Assembly: GCF_030028105.1 (NCBI RefSeq)
Contig: NC_092379.1
Span: 23,925,821-23,989,820 of the forward strand
Length of the DNA: 64,000 bases
From: Mobula birostris
Lineage: Eukaryota
Direction: 5' to 3'
The notes below the pieces were generated by a model that did not search any database, was not told where the DNA came from, and was given only the letters and a program-made list of their open reading frames with translations. This document shows positions 24,465 through 39,200 of the stretch, in pieces. Position 1 is the first letter of the stretch. Each line of letters starts with the position of its first letter. The position numbers and the translations under genes are program-made.

Positions 24465-27254
24465 GTTTCAGGCGGTGGGAGGAACAGAACCGTCGATGCC
24501 GGGAGCTCAGGTGCAGAAACCATTAGCAGGAGATGTATTTGTGGCTTATAACAGTGCACTCCTCAGTACTGTTGAGTCCTTCTCTATGAAGGGAGGGCAT
24601 CCAAGTTACATATCATTAGGGTTGTTTTGTTTGCCCACCATGGTGATGGCAGCACTGCGTGTCCGAAATCTTGCACCCACTCAAATATAAACCGCGCTGA
24701 TAGAATTGCTAATCATACCAAAGCTCACTCCAACCAAAATAATTTGCAGTAATTAAGCAGTTTTCGTTTCTGCACAAATCAGTATAGTATCCACAGATAT
24801 CGAAGTACTTTCTGAAGTGGAGTCAGTGTTGTGACTGAAGGAAGGTGGGTTCCAAATTACATCTATCAACCTCTCTGAAATATCAATGGCGTTCAAAGAG
24901 ATTCGGCATTCTGTGATGCTGTTTGAGGGATCAATGTTGGGACAGACAGTGGAGAACATTCCACCACTTACGTCAACCCGACACAACAGCCCTATCATGG
25001 CAGTAATCAAAATTGTGAACGTCAAAACGACCACATCCTTGTCGTAGGTGTTGGAGGCTTAACTGCTTCTGCGACTCGGAGATCTATGTTGGCTGGCCCC
25101 AGAACATTGTGCTAGGTTCTTGGCAGGGTTACCGCTGACAAGCAGCTCAGATGTTAGAACCCATATGAAGAGTGGTCCACTGATCCTCCAGGATTGGATG
25201 TTCTGCACAGGGTTACGAAACGTGACTGCACAAAAAATTGTTCTGGAAATAGTAATACCAATTTATATCTCTGTGCGTCGGTATTACTGAATATCCGGCC
25301 GGGATTTACATGACTGACAGGAATGAAAACTGTGAGGAAGCTGCAGTCATGATAAAGGAAATCCTGAACATGGTCAAGATCAAGACCAAAATTGTTTTCA
25401 AAATGTACGAACTATGTCTTGCTAAGCTGTCATCATTCCACCTACGAGCCGTCGTGGGAGCAGAAAAGTACGAACCGTAGCTGGGGCATAATAGAGAAGA
25501 TGGTCAAAAAGTGACAACGTGTTTCAGCCATTTATCGTAGACTTCCGACTTGCAAATTTCGGCAGAAGTTCAATGTCTCACGCCTGCAGGGATTAAAATT
25601 TAATTGCAATTTTTTGGCCCAATAATTGTCGATGACCTTCTGTGTCAATTTGACAGACTTCTTCGTTGTTCACAGGTCGGCAGTACGTCTGTTGTCGGAA
25701 AACCTAAAAAGCCACTTTATATGTTTCTCCAAATATTTTCATATAGCAGAAACTGCTGAGACCCTTGCGCCATTCTTCGCAGATTAGCAATAGCCATACT
25801 TCTCCTACATCTCTGCTCTCTGCCTTCCATAGCCCAGGAAATTTAACATCCAATCGATCAAGTCTCTATGGATCATGTGCCTTAATCTTCTGGCTCAGGT
25901 TACCACCCGGGATTTTGTCCGCTTTATTATTGTACATGTAGATGGTGTCCCATCACACCGCCCAGACCACACTTGTTTGTCACTCTTTCGAAACGATTGT
26001 CTTTCATAAGACAAGGTCTCCTCTGCATAAAACAGTTCTGACCAATAGGGCACCAGCCTTACTGACTCACATCAATAGTGGGATAAGATGAATCATTTTT
26101 ATATAATGCCAACAAAGACTATCGGAGCCAACTTGCTTCAATCAGTGCTGTGAACTTTCGCCGATCCTGTGATTGTTTTTCTAGAGAATAAAACGGTTTG
26201 GGCGGCAGAGCAATGCATCCCGTAGTATTGTTAACTTAGAGCTACAAAAACCGGCTTTGGTTCATGACGAAGGGTATAGTCTATCTGAAGAGTTTTCAGT
26301 TCTCTTTCTGTCCTCCTGCGGTTACGCCGGGTTGTACGGTTTGCACAAAAATGCAAAAGATTTTTTTTCAGGTAGTCGTTTAATTAATCGCTGTAAATTA
26401 ATAATGTGGGTGTTGGAAGTTATGATCATTTGCAGGGATTTGTGAAACATGGAGTGAGAACGCAGAACATGGTGACTTTTTGTTTCCCTAGGGATCCAAG
26501 GTCTTCTCATGTAACATTTCGTAAATTATCATCTTTCATAAAATACCACCAATTATCAGCCTATAATTGAAAGTTAAGTGTCTATAAAAGAGGTGGGCAT
26601 GTTAAATGGTGATTATTTTTGTTCCTTAAATACAGGCCCGAATCAATATGTTCAACAGCGCAGCAAAGTCAAATAGGGTCAAAATACATGGAATCAACGG
26701 TTATGGCTTTGTGATCAAAATGGGTGAAATTACAAATGTTTTTCGGGGTGCAGATAGTATCCAGATGTCGCCCTGCTAGGACCAATGTTGACAAGCACAC
26801 GTAGTTTCACGAAATGATGACGCGGGCAGCTGATATTTGAACGTGCTTATGTTTACAGAGGGTCATTCAGAAGTTAGAATTTGGCCATCTACCATGAGGG
26901 TGCAATCATACGGGAAGCTCGAAATATTAACCGCATTGTTGAGTTGTTCTGAAGTTGCCAGGAGTGGACAATAGATTTCACCTGCTGCCTGAAGTGGAGG
27001 GCTTTAGAAAGCAATTGGATCAGCTTCCATAACGCCTGCTGTAGTTCCAGGCACTTCCAGTCTTCGCATTTTAAAATTTCTCATGTATTATCTTTGGTAT
27101 TCTCTCTTTCAGCTGAGACACTGATTATCGTCCTATCATTATCTCTGATATTATGTATTTCACCAGGTCAGCTTTCGTTCTAAAGATCATGCAATCCTCG
27201 ATTGTCTGAACTCCCCCGACATATCATATAAGCCAATTCAGATAACACAGAGAC

Positions 27255-28440
27255 ATAGACATAGAAACATGGAAAGCCTACAGCTCAATAAAGGCCCTTT
27301 GGCCCACAGCGTTGTGCCATACATGTACGCACTTTAGAAATTACCTAGGGTTACTCATAGCATCTAATTTTCGAAGCTCCATGTACCTATCCAGGAGTTT
27401 CTTGAAAGACCCTATCGTATCTGCCTGCACCACGGTTGCCGGCAGCCCAATCCATGAAATCACCAATCTCTGCGTAAAAAACGTTCCCCTGACATCTCCT
27501 CTGTACTTACTTCCAAGCATCTGAAAACTGTGCCCTCGGCTATTAGCCATTCTAGCCCTGGGAAAAAGCCTGTGACTATTCATACGATAAATGCCTCTTA
27601 TCATCTTATACACTGGAATCAGGTCACTTCTCATCCTACGCCGCTCCAAAGAGAAAAGACCGAGTTCACTCAACCTATTCCCATAAAGCATTTTCCCCAA
27701 TCCTGGCCACATTGAAAATCAAGAAGAGAAGTGTTCCCACAATAGAATCCCGAGGCCCACCACTGGTCACCGACCCCCAGGCGAAATATGACCCGTCTAC
27801 AACCACTGTTTGCCTACTGTAGGCAAGCAAATTCTGGATCCACTAAGAATTGTCCCCAGGGATCCGCTGCATCCTTTCGTTCTCAAAAAGAATTGCATTG
27901 GGTGCCTCATCAAATGCCTAGCTGAAATCCATATGCAGTACATCTACTGACTACCTTCATCAATGTGTTTAGTCACATCCTCGCAAAATTTAATCAGGCT
28001 CGTAAGATACGACGTGCCTTTAACAACGCCATAATGACTATTCGTAATCACCTTATGCCTCTCCGAATGATCATAATTCCTGCCTCTCAGGATCTTCTTC
28101 ATCACCTTACCAACCACTGAAGTAAGACTCACTGTTCTATAAACTCCTGGGCTATCTCTACTCCATTTCTTAAGTAAGGGAACAATATCTGCAACCCTCA
28201 ATCCTCAGAACCTCATCAGTCCCCATTGATAAAGACAAGCTTATTGCCAGAGGCTCAGCAATCTCCTCTCTCTCCTCCCACAGTATCCTGGGGTATAACT
28301 CATCCAGTTCCTAATTTGATGCTCCAGTATATCCTCCTTCTTTGTATCTATATGCGCAATCTTTTCAATCCACTGTAAGGCTTTTCTGCCAAGGGCATTT
28401 TCCGCAGTGAATACTGAAACAAAGTATTCATTAAGTATAA
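27255..28440 (-). mobile_element. Decayed CR1-like LINE
   Basis: ORF fragments YRTVSLTSVVGK and FFTQRLVISW; tail at ~27255. Confidence 0.85.
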
Positions 28441-29134
28441 CATACAAATGACCCATTTCTTTGCCATATCCAAAACCTCACCTCCTCCCTAAAATGACGA
28501 GAACTTCTCGCAATCCCCAAAATGCTGCGCCAAGAGCAATCCACCGTTCTTTTAGGTGCGGTGGTGGGGTTTCAGCTCAAGGCGAACAAAAAAAGAAGAC
28601 CCCCATATGAAGTGACACACTGGAGAATCACTTGCTCAGTTGGGAATGGCGCTGTGATGTTTTGGTGTCATATAAATCAATAAAAAAACAAGTTGGTTTC
28701 ATCAAAATAAATTCGTTAAAATAAAACTGGAAACAGTCCAGTTGCAACAAATCAGACTTACAGAATTTGGTGAAAGGGCATTGATATGAGCTAATGACTC
28801 TGTTTCTCAAACTACATATGTTCCCTGAGCTGCTCAGAGTTGGCACTGCAGGAGGCAGAATAACGCCAGTCGGGCAGAATTGCAGCCGAAGACATCATAC
28901 ATCCCGGCAACAACAGGCTTCAACTACACTTTTGTCTGCATAAGTATCCTCGTGCACTATACAAAACACCGATCAAATTGAGAGCAGGGGGCTGGGCTGA
29001 ATGGGGGAGCTGGAGGTGCCCTTGTCAGCTTCGAAGAAACTTGCAACGAAATAAAATTCGGGTATTTGTACAAAATAATCGCGGGTGAATCACCAGATCG
29101 GATGAGATTCTGTCTGGTTGTTCTCTGCATTGTA

Positions 29135-32100
29135 GCCAATAGACAATAGACATTAGGTGCAGGGGTAGGCGATTCGGTCCTTCTAGCCAGCACCGCAATT
29201 CACTGTGACTATGGCTGTTCAGCCACAATCAGTATCCAGTTCCTGCCTTATCCCTATAACCTTTGATTCCACTATCTTTAAGAGCTCTATACATCTCTTT
29301 TTTTGAAAGCATCCAGTGACTTGGCCTCCACAGCCTTCTGGGGCAGTGCATTCCGTATATCCACCACTCTCTGGGTGAAAAAAAGTTTTTCCTCACTGCG
29401 TTCTAAATGGCCTACACCTTATTCTTAATCTGTGGCCTCTGGTTCTGGACTCACCCATCAGCGGCTACATGCTTCCTGCCTCCAGCGTGTCCAAACCCTT
29501 AATAATTTTATATGTTTCAATAAGATCCCCTCTCAGCCTTCTAAATTCCAGAGCATACAAGCCCAGTCGCTCCAATCTTTCGACATATGACAGTCCCGCC
29601 ATCCCGGGAATTATCCTTGTGAACCTACGCTGCATTTCCTCAATAGCAAGAATGTCCTTCCTCTAATTTGGAGACCAAGACTGCACACAGTACTCCGGGT
29701 GTGGTCTCACCAGGGCCCTGTACAGCTGCAGAATGACCTCTTTGCTCTTATACTCAATTCCCCTTGTTATGAAGGCCATAATGCCATTAGCTTTCTTCAC
29801 TGCCTGCTGTACTTGCATTCTTACTTTCAGTGACTGATGTACAAGAACACCTAGATCGTGCTTCCCCTTTTCCTAACTTGACTCTATTTCGATAATAATC
29901 TGCCTTCCCGTTCTTACCACCAAAGTAGATAACCTCACACTTATCCACATTAAACTGCATCTGCCATGCATCTGCCCACTCACCCAGCCTGTCCAAGTCA
30001 CCCTGCATTCTCATAACATCCTCATCACATTTCACACTGCCACCTAGCTTTGTGTCATCAGCAAATTTGCTAATGTCACTTTTAATTTCCTCATCTAAAT
30101 CATGAATATATATTGCAAACAACTGTGGTCCCAGCACTGAACTCTGCGGTACCCCACTGGTCACAGCCTGCCATTTCGAACGGGACCCGTTAATCGCTAG
30201 TGTTTGTTTTCTGTCAGCCAGCCTATTTTAAATCCATGTCAGTACCCTGCCCCCAATACCATGTGCCCCAATTTTGCCCACTAATCTCCGATGTGGGACT
30301 TTATCAAAGGCTTTCTGAAAGTCCAGGTACACTACATCCACTGGCTTTCCCTTGTCCATTTTCATAGTCACATTCTCAAAAAATTCCAGAAGATTAGTCA
30401 AGCACGATATCCCCTTCGTAAATCTATGCTGACTCGGACCAATCCTGTTATCGCTATCCAGATGTATCGTAATTTCATCTTTTATAATTGACTCCAGCAT
30501 CTTTCGACGTCAGACGTCAGGCTAACTGGTCTATAATTCCCTGTTTTCTCTCTTCTTCCCTTCTTGAAGAGAGGGACAACATTAGCCACCCTCCAATCCA
30601 CAGGAACTGATCCTGAATCTATAGAATTTTGGAAAGTGATTACCAATGCGTCCACAATTTGTAAAGTCACCTCTTTAAGTACCCTGGGATGCAGACCATC
30701 AGATCCTGTGGATTTATCAGCCTTCAGGCCCAACAGCCTATCCAACACCATTTCCTGCCTAATATAAATTTCCTTCAATTCTTCCATTACTCGAGGTCCA
30801 TTGGCTGCTATTACATCTGGGAGATTGTTCGTGTCTTCCCTAGTGAAGACAGATCCAAAGTACCTGTTCAACTCGTCTGCCATTTCCTTGTTCCCCATAA
30901 TAAATTCACCCGCTTCTGTCTTCAAGGGGCCAATTTTGGTCTTAACTATTTTTTTTTTCCTTTTCACATACCTAAAGAAGCTTTTACTATCCTCCTTTAT
31001 ATTCGTGGCTAGTTTACTTTCGTACCTCATTTTTTCTCTGTGTATTGCCTTTTTAGTTATCTTCTATTGCTCTTTAAAAGTTTCCCAATCCTCTGGCTTC
31101 CCACTCGTCATTGTTATGTTATAGTTCTTCCCTTTTATTTGTATACTGTCCATTACTTCCCTTGTCAGCCACGGCCTACCCTTACTCCCCTTAGGATCTT
31201 TCATCCTCTTTGGAATGAAGTGATCCTACACCATCCGCATTATTCCCAGACACACATGCCATTGCTGTTCCACTGTCATCCCTGCTAGGGTATTGTTCCA
31301 TTGAACGTTGGCCAGCTCCTCCCTCATAGCACCATAGTTCCCTTTGTTCAACTGTAATACTGACAATTTCGAGTTTCTCTTCTCCCTCTCAAATTGTTGA
31401 TTAAAACTTACCATTTTATGGTCACTACCTCCTAATGGTTCCTTTACCTCGAGGTCCCTGATCAAATCCGGTTCTTTGCACAACAGTAAATCTAGAATTG
31501 CGTTCTCTCTGGTAGGCTCCAGTACAAGCTGTTCTAAGAATGTTTCTCGGAGGGACTCCACAAACTCCCTTTCTTGGGGTCCAGTACCAACCTGATTCCT
31601 CCAGCCTACCTGCATGTTGAAGTCCCCCATAACAACTGTAGCATTATCCTTGCGACATGCCAATTTTAACTCTTGATTCAACTTACACACTACATCCAGA
31701 CTACTGTTTGGTGGCCTGTAGATAACTCACATTAGGAACTTTCTACCCTTAGAATTTCTCATTTCTCTCCATACTGACTCTACGTCTCCTGATTCTATGT
31801 CCCCCCTCGCAAGGGACTGAATATCATTCCTCACCAACGGAGCCACCCCACCCGCTCTGCCCATCAGTCTGTCCTTTCGATAGGACGTATAACCTTGAAT
31901 ATTCACTTCGCAGGCCCTGTCCACTTGAAGCCATGTCTCTGTTATTCCCACAACATCATACTTACCAATTTCCAACTGTGCCTCAAGCTCATCCACTTTA
32001 TTTCTTGTACTCCGTGCATTCGTATACAATACTTTTAATTCATTACTCCCCTCACCTCCCATATCAATTCCTATTTCACTTGGCCATATTGTACGATCCG

Positions 32101-32190
32101 TTCTTGAGCTTTCTGCTCTGTTGATTCTGCTGTCATTCTCAACTTTTCTTATTCTCACTTTCCCTTTATCTCCATCCTTATGTTTCCAGT
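29135..32190 (-). mobile_element. Large CR1-like LINE (endonuclease + RT), frameshifted
   Basis: VLYTNARS, VVMGDFNM, GNYRPVSLTS, YLDFQKAFDKVPH, GVPQSSVLGP, FADDTKLGG; TTGTA flanks; absent from the paralogous site at ~10480. Confidence 0.95.
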
Positions 32191-34650
32191 TTGTATTAAT
32201 TTGATAGAACTTAATAGATGGGCAATTTTAGTTATTCAGCTTTTGAGCTGTGGGCGGTGCCAGGAACGTCAGAATTAATTACACATCTGGGTCGGCATTT
32301 AGAGAGCGTTTGGAGGCAATCACATTGATGGATCAGGAGTCATAAAGAGGTTCGGAGGATAAGGATGAGAGACCTCTTTCCTGAAGGATATCACTAATTC
32401 TGAAAGGAAATTATTACTAATGGCGATATTTGAAAATAAATACTTATTGGACATCTGACTGCAGATCCAAATCTGTTGCAGATTATTATGGCCTGAGTTT
32501 TAATTTGAAAGGTTTGTCCTGTTTGTATCCGTGAACTGTTATTCCATTCCCTTGCGCTACTCACCCGATTTCATGTGCTGCCCTATTCTTCATCGTTTTG
32601 AATCTAACCTTCTGCCTGCCCATTGAATCACTCTATATATGGTGCCCTGGAGAATATTTTCCCTTTGAAAACATCATAAGAATACGCTGTCTGATCGTTA
32701 TGACCTTAAGGTTTATGGATTCTGTGGTGTGCAGAATGGATCCATATTTCCTTCACTGTAACAGGGCCGTACTTTGCAACTACGACATTGCCCGTGAACT
32801 GCTCGGGACACAATGAAAGGTGCTCTGTAAGTGTCAGGACTGTACCTCACAGCCTCTTTGACCGAATCACCAGTAAAACTGGTTTATGTGGAAAATATTT
32901 GTTCAACAAACCCAGTCACGATCGAAGACGGCAAGAAATTGGAGCAGTTGCTCCGTCAGTGAACTGAGAGTAAACAGTTCCTTTTAACAGTAAATTTCAA
33001 ATTATGTCCCGTGAGCGTATGTGGGACACTTTAGGGGAAGTTTGCCCTCTGATCCTCAAGGATCTCTTGTTCTGCACAGGGCTACGAACCCTGACTGTTC
33101 AAACAATTGCTCTGGAAATAACAATAAAATTCAAAATCTGTGTGCGACGGTACTCCTGATCCTGAAGCTTACACTCTAATTCACCTGCCCTGGGAGGGAT
33201 CAGACCGTTCAGATGGATCTTTCTGTGTAATCCGTCGCTGCCAGGAGAGGACATGGTAGCTGTAATCTGCACTTAACTCATGCTCTGTGTACTCTGGGAT
33301 GCTTGTTGGAATCTCTTTGAGGAAGAATTCTCCAGATTAACAAGCTAAATGCTGATTCCATTGCACGACAGAGCAGAGAGTGGCGTAATTGATGAGATAA
33401 TGTCTGGGCTTATTGTCGGGTTTTATTGGTTGAGCTAACCCAATAAACCAATTGACTTTCTGCTCTTCCCTGCATCCCTACGAATGGCAAAGCTCCTTCT
33501 GTTAAACCTCTACACTCACTGTTGGAGATAACGATCATTCAGTCAGTGTTTCAGATCATTAACGTTCATCAAAAACGTTCACCTAATTGGTCCCTCCCCA
33601 CACCTTCTATAGTACGTCTAATCCCCATTCGCCAATGCAAGGATGCCTGCAATTTTTGCAGGCATTTTGCCTTCAATTCCTTGCCATAGTAGTTCTACAC
33701 CACTTACCAACAGCCATCCCAACTCCAAAGATCTGCCTCCTTACACAATCTCCTCTCCCATCAGGGGATAAATCTAAAAACTTAAAGCCATCAATTAATC
33801 CTGAGATGTTACCTATACCTTAGCTGCATCCTGGGACAGACCTCTCGCTGTACATTACATGATTGGTCTGACACCCACCTCTTACCTGGTGTTATGGGAA
33901 GCAGTATAATAGAACTGAGCATGGAGCAGCATGTAGAAGAAGGTCTAGCAAGGTGATGACGGTAACATGATGTAAGGAAGGACAAGCCATTGACAGGGGA
34001 CGAAAGCAGAAGGATCATAAAGCCAAGACCAACAAGCTCCGTGACAGCTTCTTTCACCAAGCCATCAGACCGCTTAATTCATGCTGACGCAACTGTATTT
34101 CTATGTTCTATTGACTATCATGTTGTACATAACGTTTACTATAAATGACTGTAATTCAACATTGCACATTTGAATGGAGACGTAACGTAAATGTTTTTAC
34201 TAATCATGTATATGAAGGATGTAAGTAATAATGTCAGTTCAATTTAATCCAGCTCAATTCATGTTACTGTCACCGAGGTCCTCCCTAATAGGCGAGATAT
34301 TCACACTTCTCCGTCTGCCCATTCACCCAGTACAGTAACTTCACTTGCCCGTCTCATCCACTGATCTCAGAGAAGTGTCACATGATGGCAGACCGGCAGC
34401 AACCACTTCCTGCATTTCTATCCGAAATTTAACCTTGGATCCTCCTGGCCTCTGAATGAAAGAGGCATTTTCACAGTTTCCCTGTGTGCAGGCACGAGAA
34501 TCAAAGGCGAAGCCAGTTGGGCGTTTTCTTGCCCAGAAATAAGCATTTGTCATTGCAGTCTCAGTTAGCCTTCGGGGATTTGACTCTGGGAGGCAGCAAT
34601 GCGGAATTCGTGGAGACAGACGACGATGCAGACGCTCATTTGTCGGGATC

Positions 34651-34711
34651 AGTTTCTGTTCAGCTCCCCATCACGGTGGATATCACGGTGATTCACTGCA
34701 GGTCACAATCT
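34651..34711 (-). other. IGHD: D segment (ATATC, 34683-34679) with 12/12 RSSs, cassette 4
   Basis: Minus strand AGATTGTGA-12-CACCGTG-[ATATC]-CACCGTG-12-ACAGAAACT; 3 nt shorter than the cassette 2 D. Confidence 0.75.
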
Positions 34712-35464
34712 GACTTCGTCATATCCAGCCCAAATCCAATGGATCTATTAAACACTCCATCTGGGTACGGGCGTCCCACACAGCAGGTCTCAATCTTGAC
34801 CATCCAGGTCCTGAAGTGGATATGAGAAAACCACCGGGACCTTACTCTGGACTTCAACTGACAGCTCCTCCTTTTTAGTTCCGTTTGCATTGAGACTCAT
34901 TTCTAATTGAACGTACCCATTTCTTGATTATGCACTCCGTCTCCGATATACATGTATGATCAGGGTAAAGACCGGCAGAATCCAACGAAGAACCTCGTGA
35001 AAAGTGTTTTGTTGCAGTAGATATTGAGAGCCGCCACCTCTCACACTGAGGCACAATTTGAAATAGCCGATATGATACACCCTTGTACGGTAACCGCCGA
35101 CCCTTTCACTATCTCCCAGCAGTTCACTCGTCAGTCCAATCGCGCCAGAGAAGCAATGTATCTCTTGTCATTAACGTTCTATATACCGTTAGCATTCATT
35201 GTAACATGTAGACGAAGCACCGACATCTGACAAGGTGGATTTGTGAACTCATTCCCACTCACGGCGCTTGGCTCCGAGCTGCCATCTGAGGTGCTCCGCT
35301 GAGACCCTCGGCCTATCCATTCAGCATCTCTTCGCTGGAATCACCGCTGAGAACGCGCTTTCCATTGCGCGGACGAGCGGATGTGGCCCTTAACGGGTGG
35401 GATACAGCTGCAGCGATCACTACTGACCTTTCCTTCTGCGCCCCACCGGTCGGTGATTTCATTG

Positions 35465-35503
35465 GGTTTTTGTCGGGGTCTACTCCAGATCTCTCTCACT
35501 GTG
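35465..35503 (-). other. Canonical 23-RSS of V4
   Basis: Minus strand CACAGTG-23-ACAAAAACC (perfect consensus). Confidence 0.97.
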
Positions 35504-35987
35504 TCTCTCGCACAGTAATAGGTCGCCGTGTCGTCCAGTATCAGGTTGTTTATTTGCAGATAAACGGTGCTGCTGTCCTTGGAAACCTCGAATCGGCCTT
35601 CGACTCCAGGCGCGTAGTCTTTGTTACCGTCATAATATGCAACGGCCACCCATTCCAGCCCTTTCCCTGATACCTGTTTCACCCAGTGCATGTTAGAGCT
35701 GCTGAGGCTGAACCCACTGACTGCACAGGTCAATCTGTGGGACTGCCCGGGCTTCACCATCGCTGACACAGGCTGTTGCAGCAGCATATCGGACTGCACG
35801 CCTGTCAACAAGAGAAGAGCAGAAATTGATACAAATGTTCCACGAGCAGAGATTCACAAAACCTGCGAGAAACAGTCTGCCTTTGTAGATAATAAATTGT
35901 GGGACAGACACCTGGAAGGCAGAGCAGAAGGAGACAGAAGTAAGTATTGCCCCTTATCTTGCTTAGCACTGAATCCGATTTCGACAT
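35504..35987 (-). CDS. IGHV: Intact IgH-type V gene segment (V4, subfamily II): leader 35987-35912, 110-nt intron, V exon 35801-35504
   Basis: [124 protein letters not shown]; open frame, GT/AG sites and all hallmark residues. Confidence 0.95.
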
Positions 35988-36019
35988 TTTTGAGATCAGC
36001 GGCTTTAGCTGAGACCGGT

Positions 36020-36240
36020 TTTATCGCGAGCTGCCGAGAGCGCTGTTCAAATAGAGACGTAGACTGCCAGTGAGAGGAGGAGCTGCGGTTGTAAAGTCTC
36101 CCACACAATGAAACCAGAGACATAGATTCCTGTCCCCGCCTCCAGCAGAAATTTCAATTGTCCAAAATATACTTGTCTCTGCACAGGAGGCAGGTCAGCG
36201 GCAGTGACCAGATTCGGATTAATGATCTGGCACACTCAGC
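36020..36240 (-). promoter_or_regulatory. Putative VH promoter (representative copy; homologues at ~4.1-4.3, 14.3-14.5, 22.4-22.6, 43.5-43.7 and 61.8-61.9 kb)
   Basis: Conserved in all copies: a TATA-like tatttgaa/tatttaaa ~60-65 nt upstream of the ATG, an ETS-like ACAGGAA next to a GC box (plus strand ttcctgtccccgcc), and caggtcagcgg. No ATGCAAAT/ATTTGCAT octamer seen. Confidence 0.5.
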
Positions 36241-39200
36241 ATTTTCGGCGATAAACAGTTTGTGTAAACTGAAAGGCTGAGGACCTCGGCGAGAACGAAT
36301 GAGAAACACATGTCAGTGGGCAGGTTTCCCCCTGAGACACAGGGCTGAGAGACACCAGCCTCTGGTCAAACATCACCTTGTGAGACAGGAAGTGTAAGAC
36401 ACCAGTCAGTGGACACAGAGTCCCCTGAAAGACAGAAAGTGTGAGATTCTAGCCAATGGTCTGGTGCCCCACCCCCACGCCCCAGATACAGCGACTAACA
36501 GTCTAGTCAGTGGACAGATAACCTCTGAGAGACAAAGACTGAGATACACCAGTTAGTGGACAGATATCGCTCTGAATGACAGGGACTGAGCACACTAGTC
36601 AATGGGCAGATTTCCTCCTTTGGGACACCGTTCGAGAGGCACTGGACTGCGCACGAAAATGTAATAAACAAAAAATTCATGGTGTATATTCGATTATCCA
36701 GTTGTCATAATAAGACCAATGTTGGCAAGCACGCGTAGGGTCACCGAAGGATGACATCGGCAGCTGATAATTGAATATGTTCATGTTTACTGAGGGTGAT
36801 TTAGATGTTAGAATTTGGGCCATTGACCATGACTGTATAGTCATATGTGAAGCCAAGATATTATTCTGCATGGCTGAGTTTTTCTGCAGTTTCTCGGAAT
36901 GGAGAATAGATTTCATCTGTTGCCCGAGATAGTTGGCTTTAATTACATGGAGAGTTTGAATAAGCTGGATTTTTATTCGCTGGAAAACTAAGTCTAACTT
37001 TGAAGAAGTTTATAAAATTGTGAGCAGTACAGATGCTGCCAGAGTCCGTTTCCCAGGGCACACTAGGTTACAAACAGAGGGCATAAGTTTACGCTGAGAG
37101 GGCCAGAAAGCAAATAATATCTTAGCGATGTTATCCAATCATGATGTTCTTTTTAGCAGCATATCCACCTATTCTCTGCATAATGTATTGTCTCTTAAAT
37201 TGTATCTTAGATGTTGCAATCGTATCCGCTGAAGTTGCAGGTACTTCCAGTCTTCGCATATTTTTTTTTTAATTTCTCGTGTATCATCCTTGGTATCCTC
37301 TCTATTATATTAAATAAATGTATTCGGCGATTTCACTGTTCCACCTTGGCATAGGGACACTGATTATCCTCCATGTCATGCTCTGATATTACGTACTTCA
37401 CCAGGTCCTCTACGGGCTTTAATGTTCAATATAATGCAATCCTAGTTAGTCTAAACTTACATATATACCACACAAGCCAATCCAGATAACATACAATTGA
37501 CTCACTTATACGCCATACCTAAAACATCACATCCTTCCTAAAATGTGACGACGAGGACTGCTCGCATTTCTAAAAATGCGGCCGAGCAAAAACTTTACAT
37601 AGCGACAATTTTATTTGCTAACATTTATACTCATTGACACGAACGATAACGGGATATATATTGTTGCCTCATTTAGCACACCCCTTCCAGAGGCGCAAAG
37701 CCTTGTAGGGTTTGGAGGCTTGCGTGTCTCAATGACCCTGAAGACCCTGTGCTCTGGCGCTTCGTAGGATCACTTATGCCGAACAGATCAGACTGTAGAG
37801 CCTACGCTATGCGATAGACCGGTCCCCTAGGTCCATGGGCTGGGTTTCAGCTCAGGGACAACAGCCATGACAAGTGAAAAAAGGATGAAGTGTTCCTCAT
37901 ATGAAGTAACACACTGAAGAATCACTTGGCTATGCAATCCGATTCCGAAACTCCTGCTGAAGTTCCAGGTGCTTTCAGCCTTCGCATTTTTAATAAATTT
38001 CTGGTTTATCCTCTTTCGTATCCTCTCTTTCATTTTAAATCAATGTTGTCGACGATTTCATGCTTCCACATTGGCATTAAAAATATTATGTATTTCACCA
38101 GCTCGGCTGACAGTCTTTCGTCCTCAAGATAATGCAATCCTATGTTATCTATAATCCCCTCATATATCACACATGTCGTTACAGAAAACATACATTTGAC
38201 CCACTTCTGTGTCACATCCAAAACCTCGCATCTTTCCGAAAATGTTCCGATGAGATCTGTTTGCAATACTCAAAATGTAGTCGAGCCAAAATTCTATATA
38301 GCTGCAATATTACTTGCAAATATTTATACTCGATGACACGAGCAAAAACGGGATTTATGTAGCAGGCTTCATTTAACACACTCCTCCTAGAGGCTTGGAG
38401 GCTTGCGTGCCTCAATGACCCCCAGGGGCCTTGTGCTGTGGCGCGTGGTTTGTTCACTCATACCATACAGATCAAATTGTAGAGGCTGCGCCAAGAGCGA
38501 TACACGGTTCCTCTAGGTCCACGGGCGGGGGTGTTGCTCCAGGCCAACAGCCCTGACAAGCGAAAACATAGACGAAAGTGAATCCCATATGAAGTGACAC
38601 AATGCGGAAGCAATTGCTGATTTTGGGAAGGCCCTGGGATATTTTGGGGTTGCAGAACTCAATGAAAAGCAAATTGGTTTAATCGGAATAAATTTAGTAA
38701 AATAAAAAAAAAAAGAACAGCGTAGTTGCCACGAATCAGTCGGACAGAATTTGGTGAAAGGTCATTGATGTGAAATAGTAACTCTGTTTATCCAACCACA
38801 TATGTTCCCTGAGTTGGGCAGTGTTGGCATTGCAGGAGGCAGAATAACGCCTGCCGGGTAGATTAGTAGCCGAAGATCTCATACATCCCAGGACCAACAG
38901 GTGGTGAGTACGTTTTGTCTGTATCTGTGTTCCTTCTGTACTTTACAAAAACACCGATCAAACTGATAGCAGAGAGCTGGGCTGAAGGGGGGAGTTGGAT
39001 CTGCATGTGTCAGCACAGAAGAAATGTGCAACGAAATAACGTTTGGGTATTTGTACAAAATAATCGAGGGTGAATCAACAGATCGTCTGAGTTTCGGTCT
39101 GATTGTTGTCTATATTTTATTAATTTGATAGAGCGGGTAACTTGATCAACAGGTGGGCAATTTTAGTTATTCATCATCTGGACTCTGGTCTTCACTGAAG

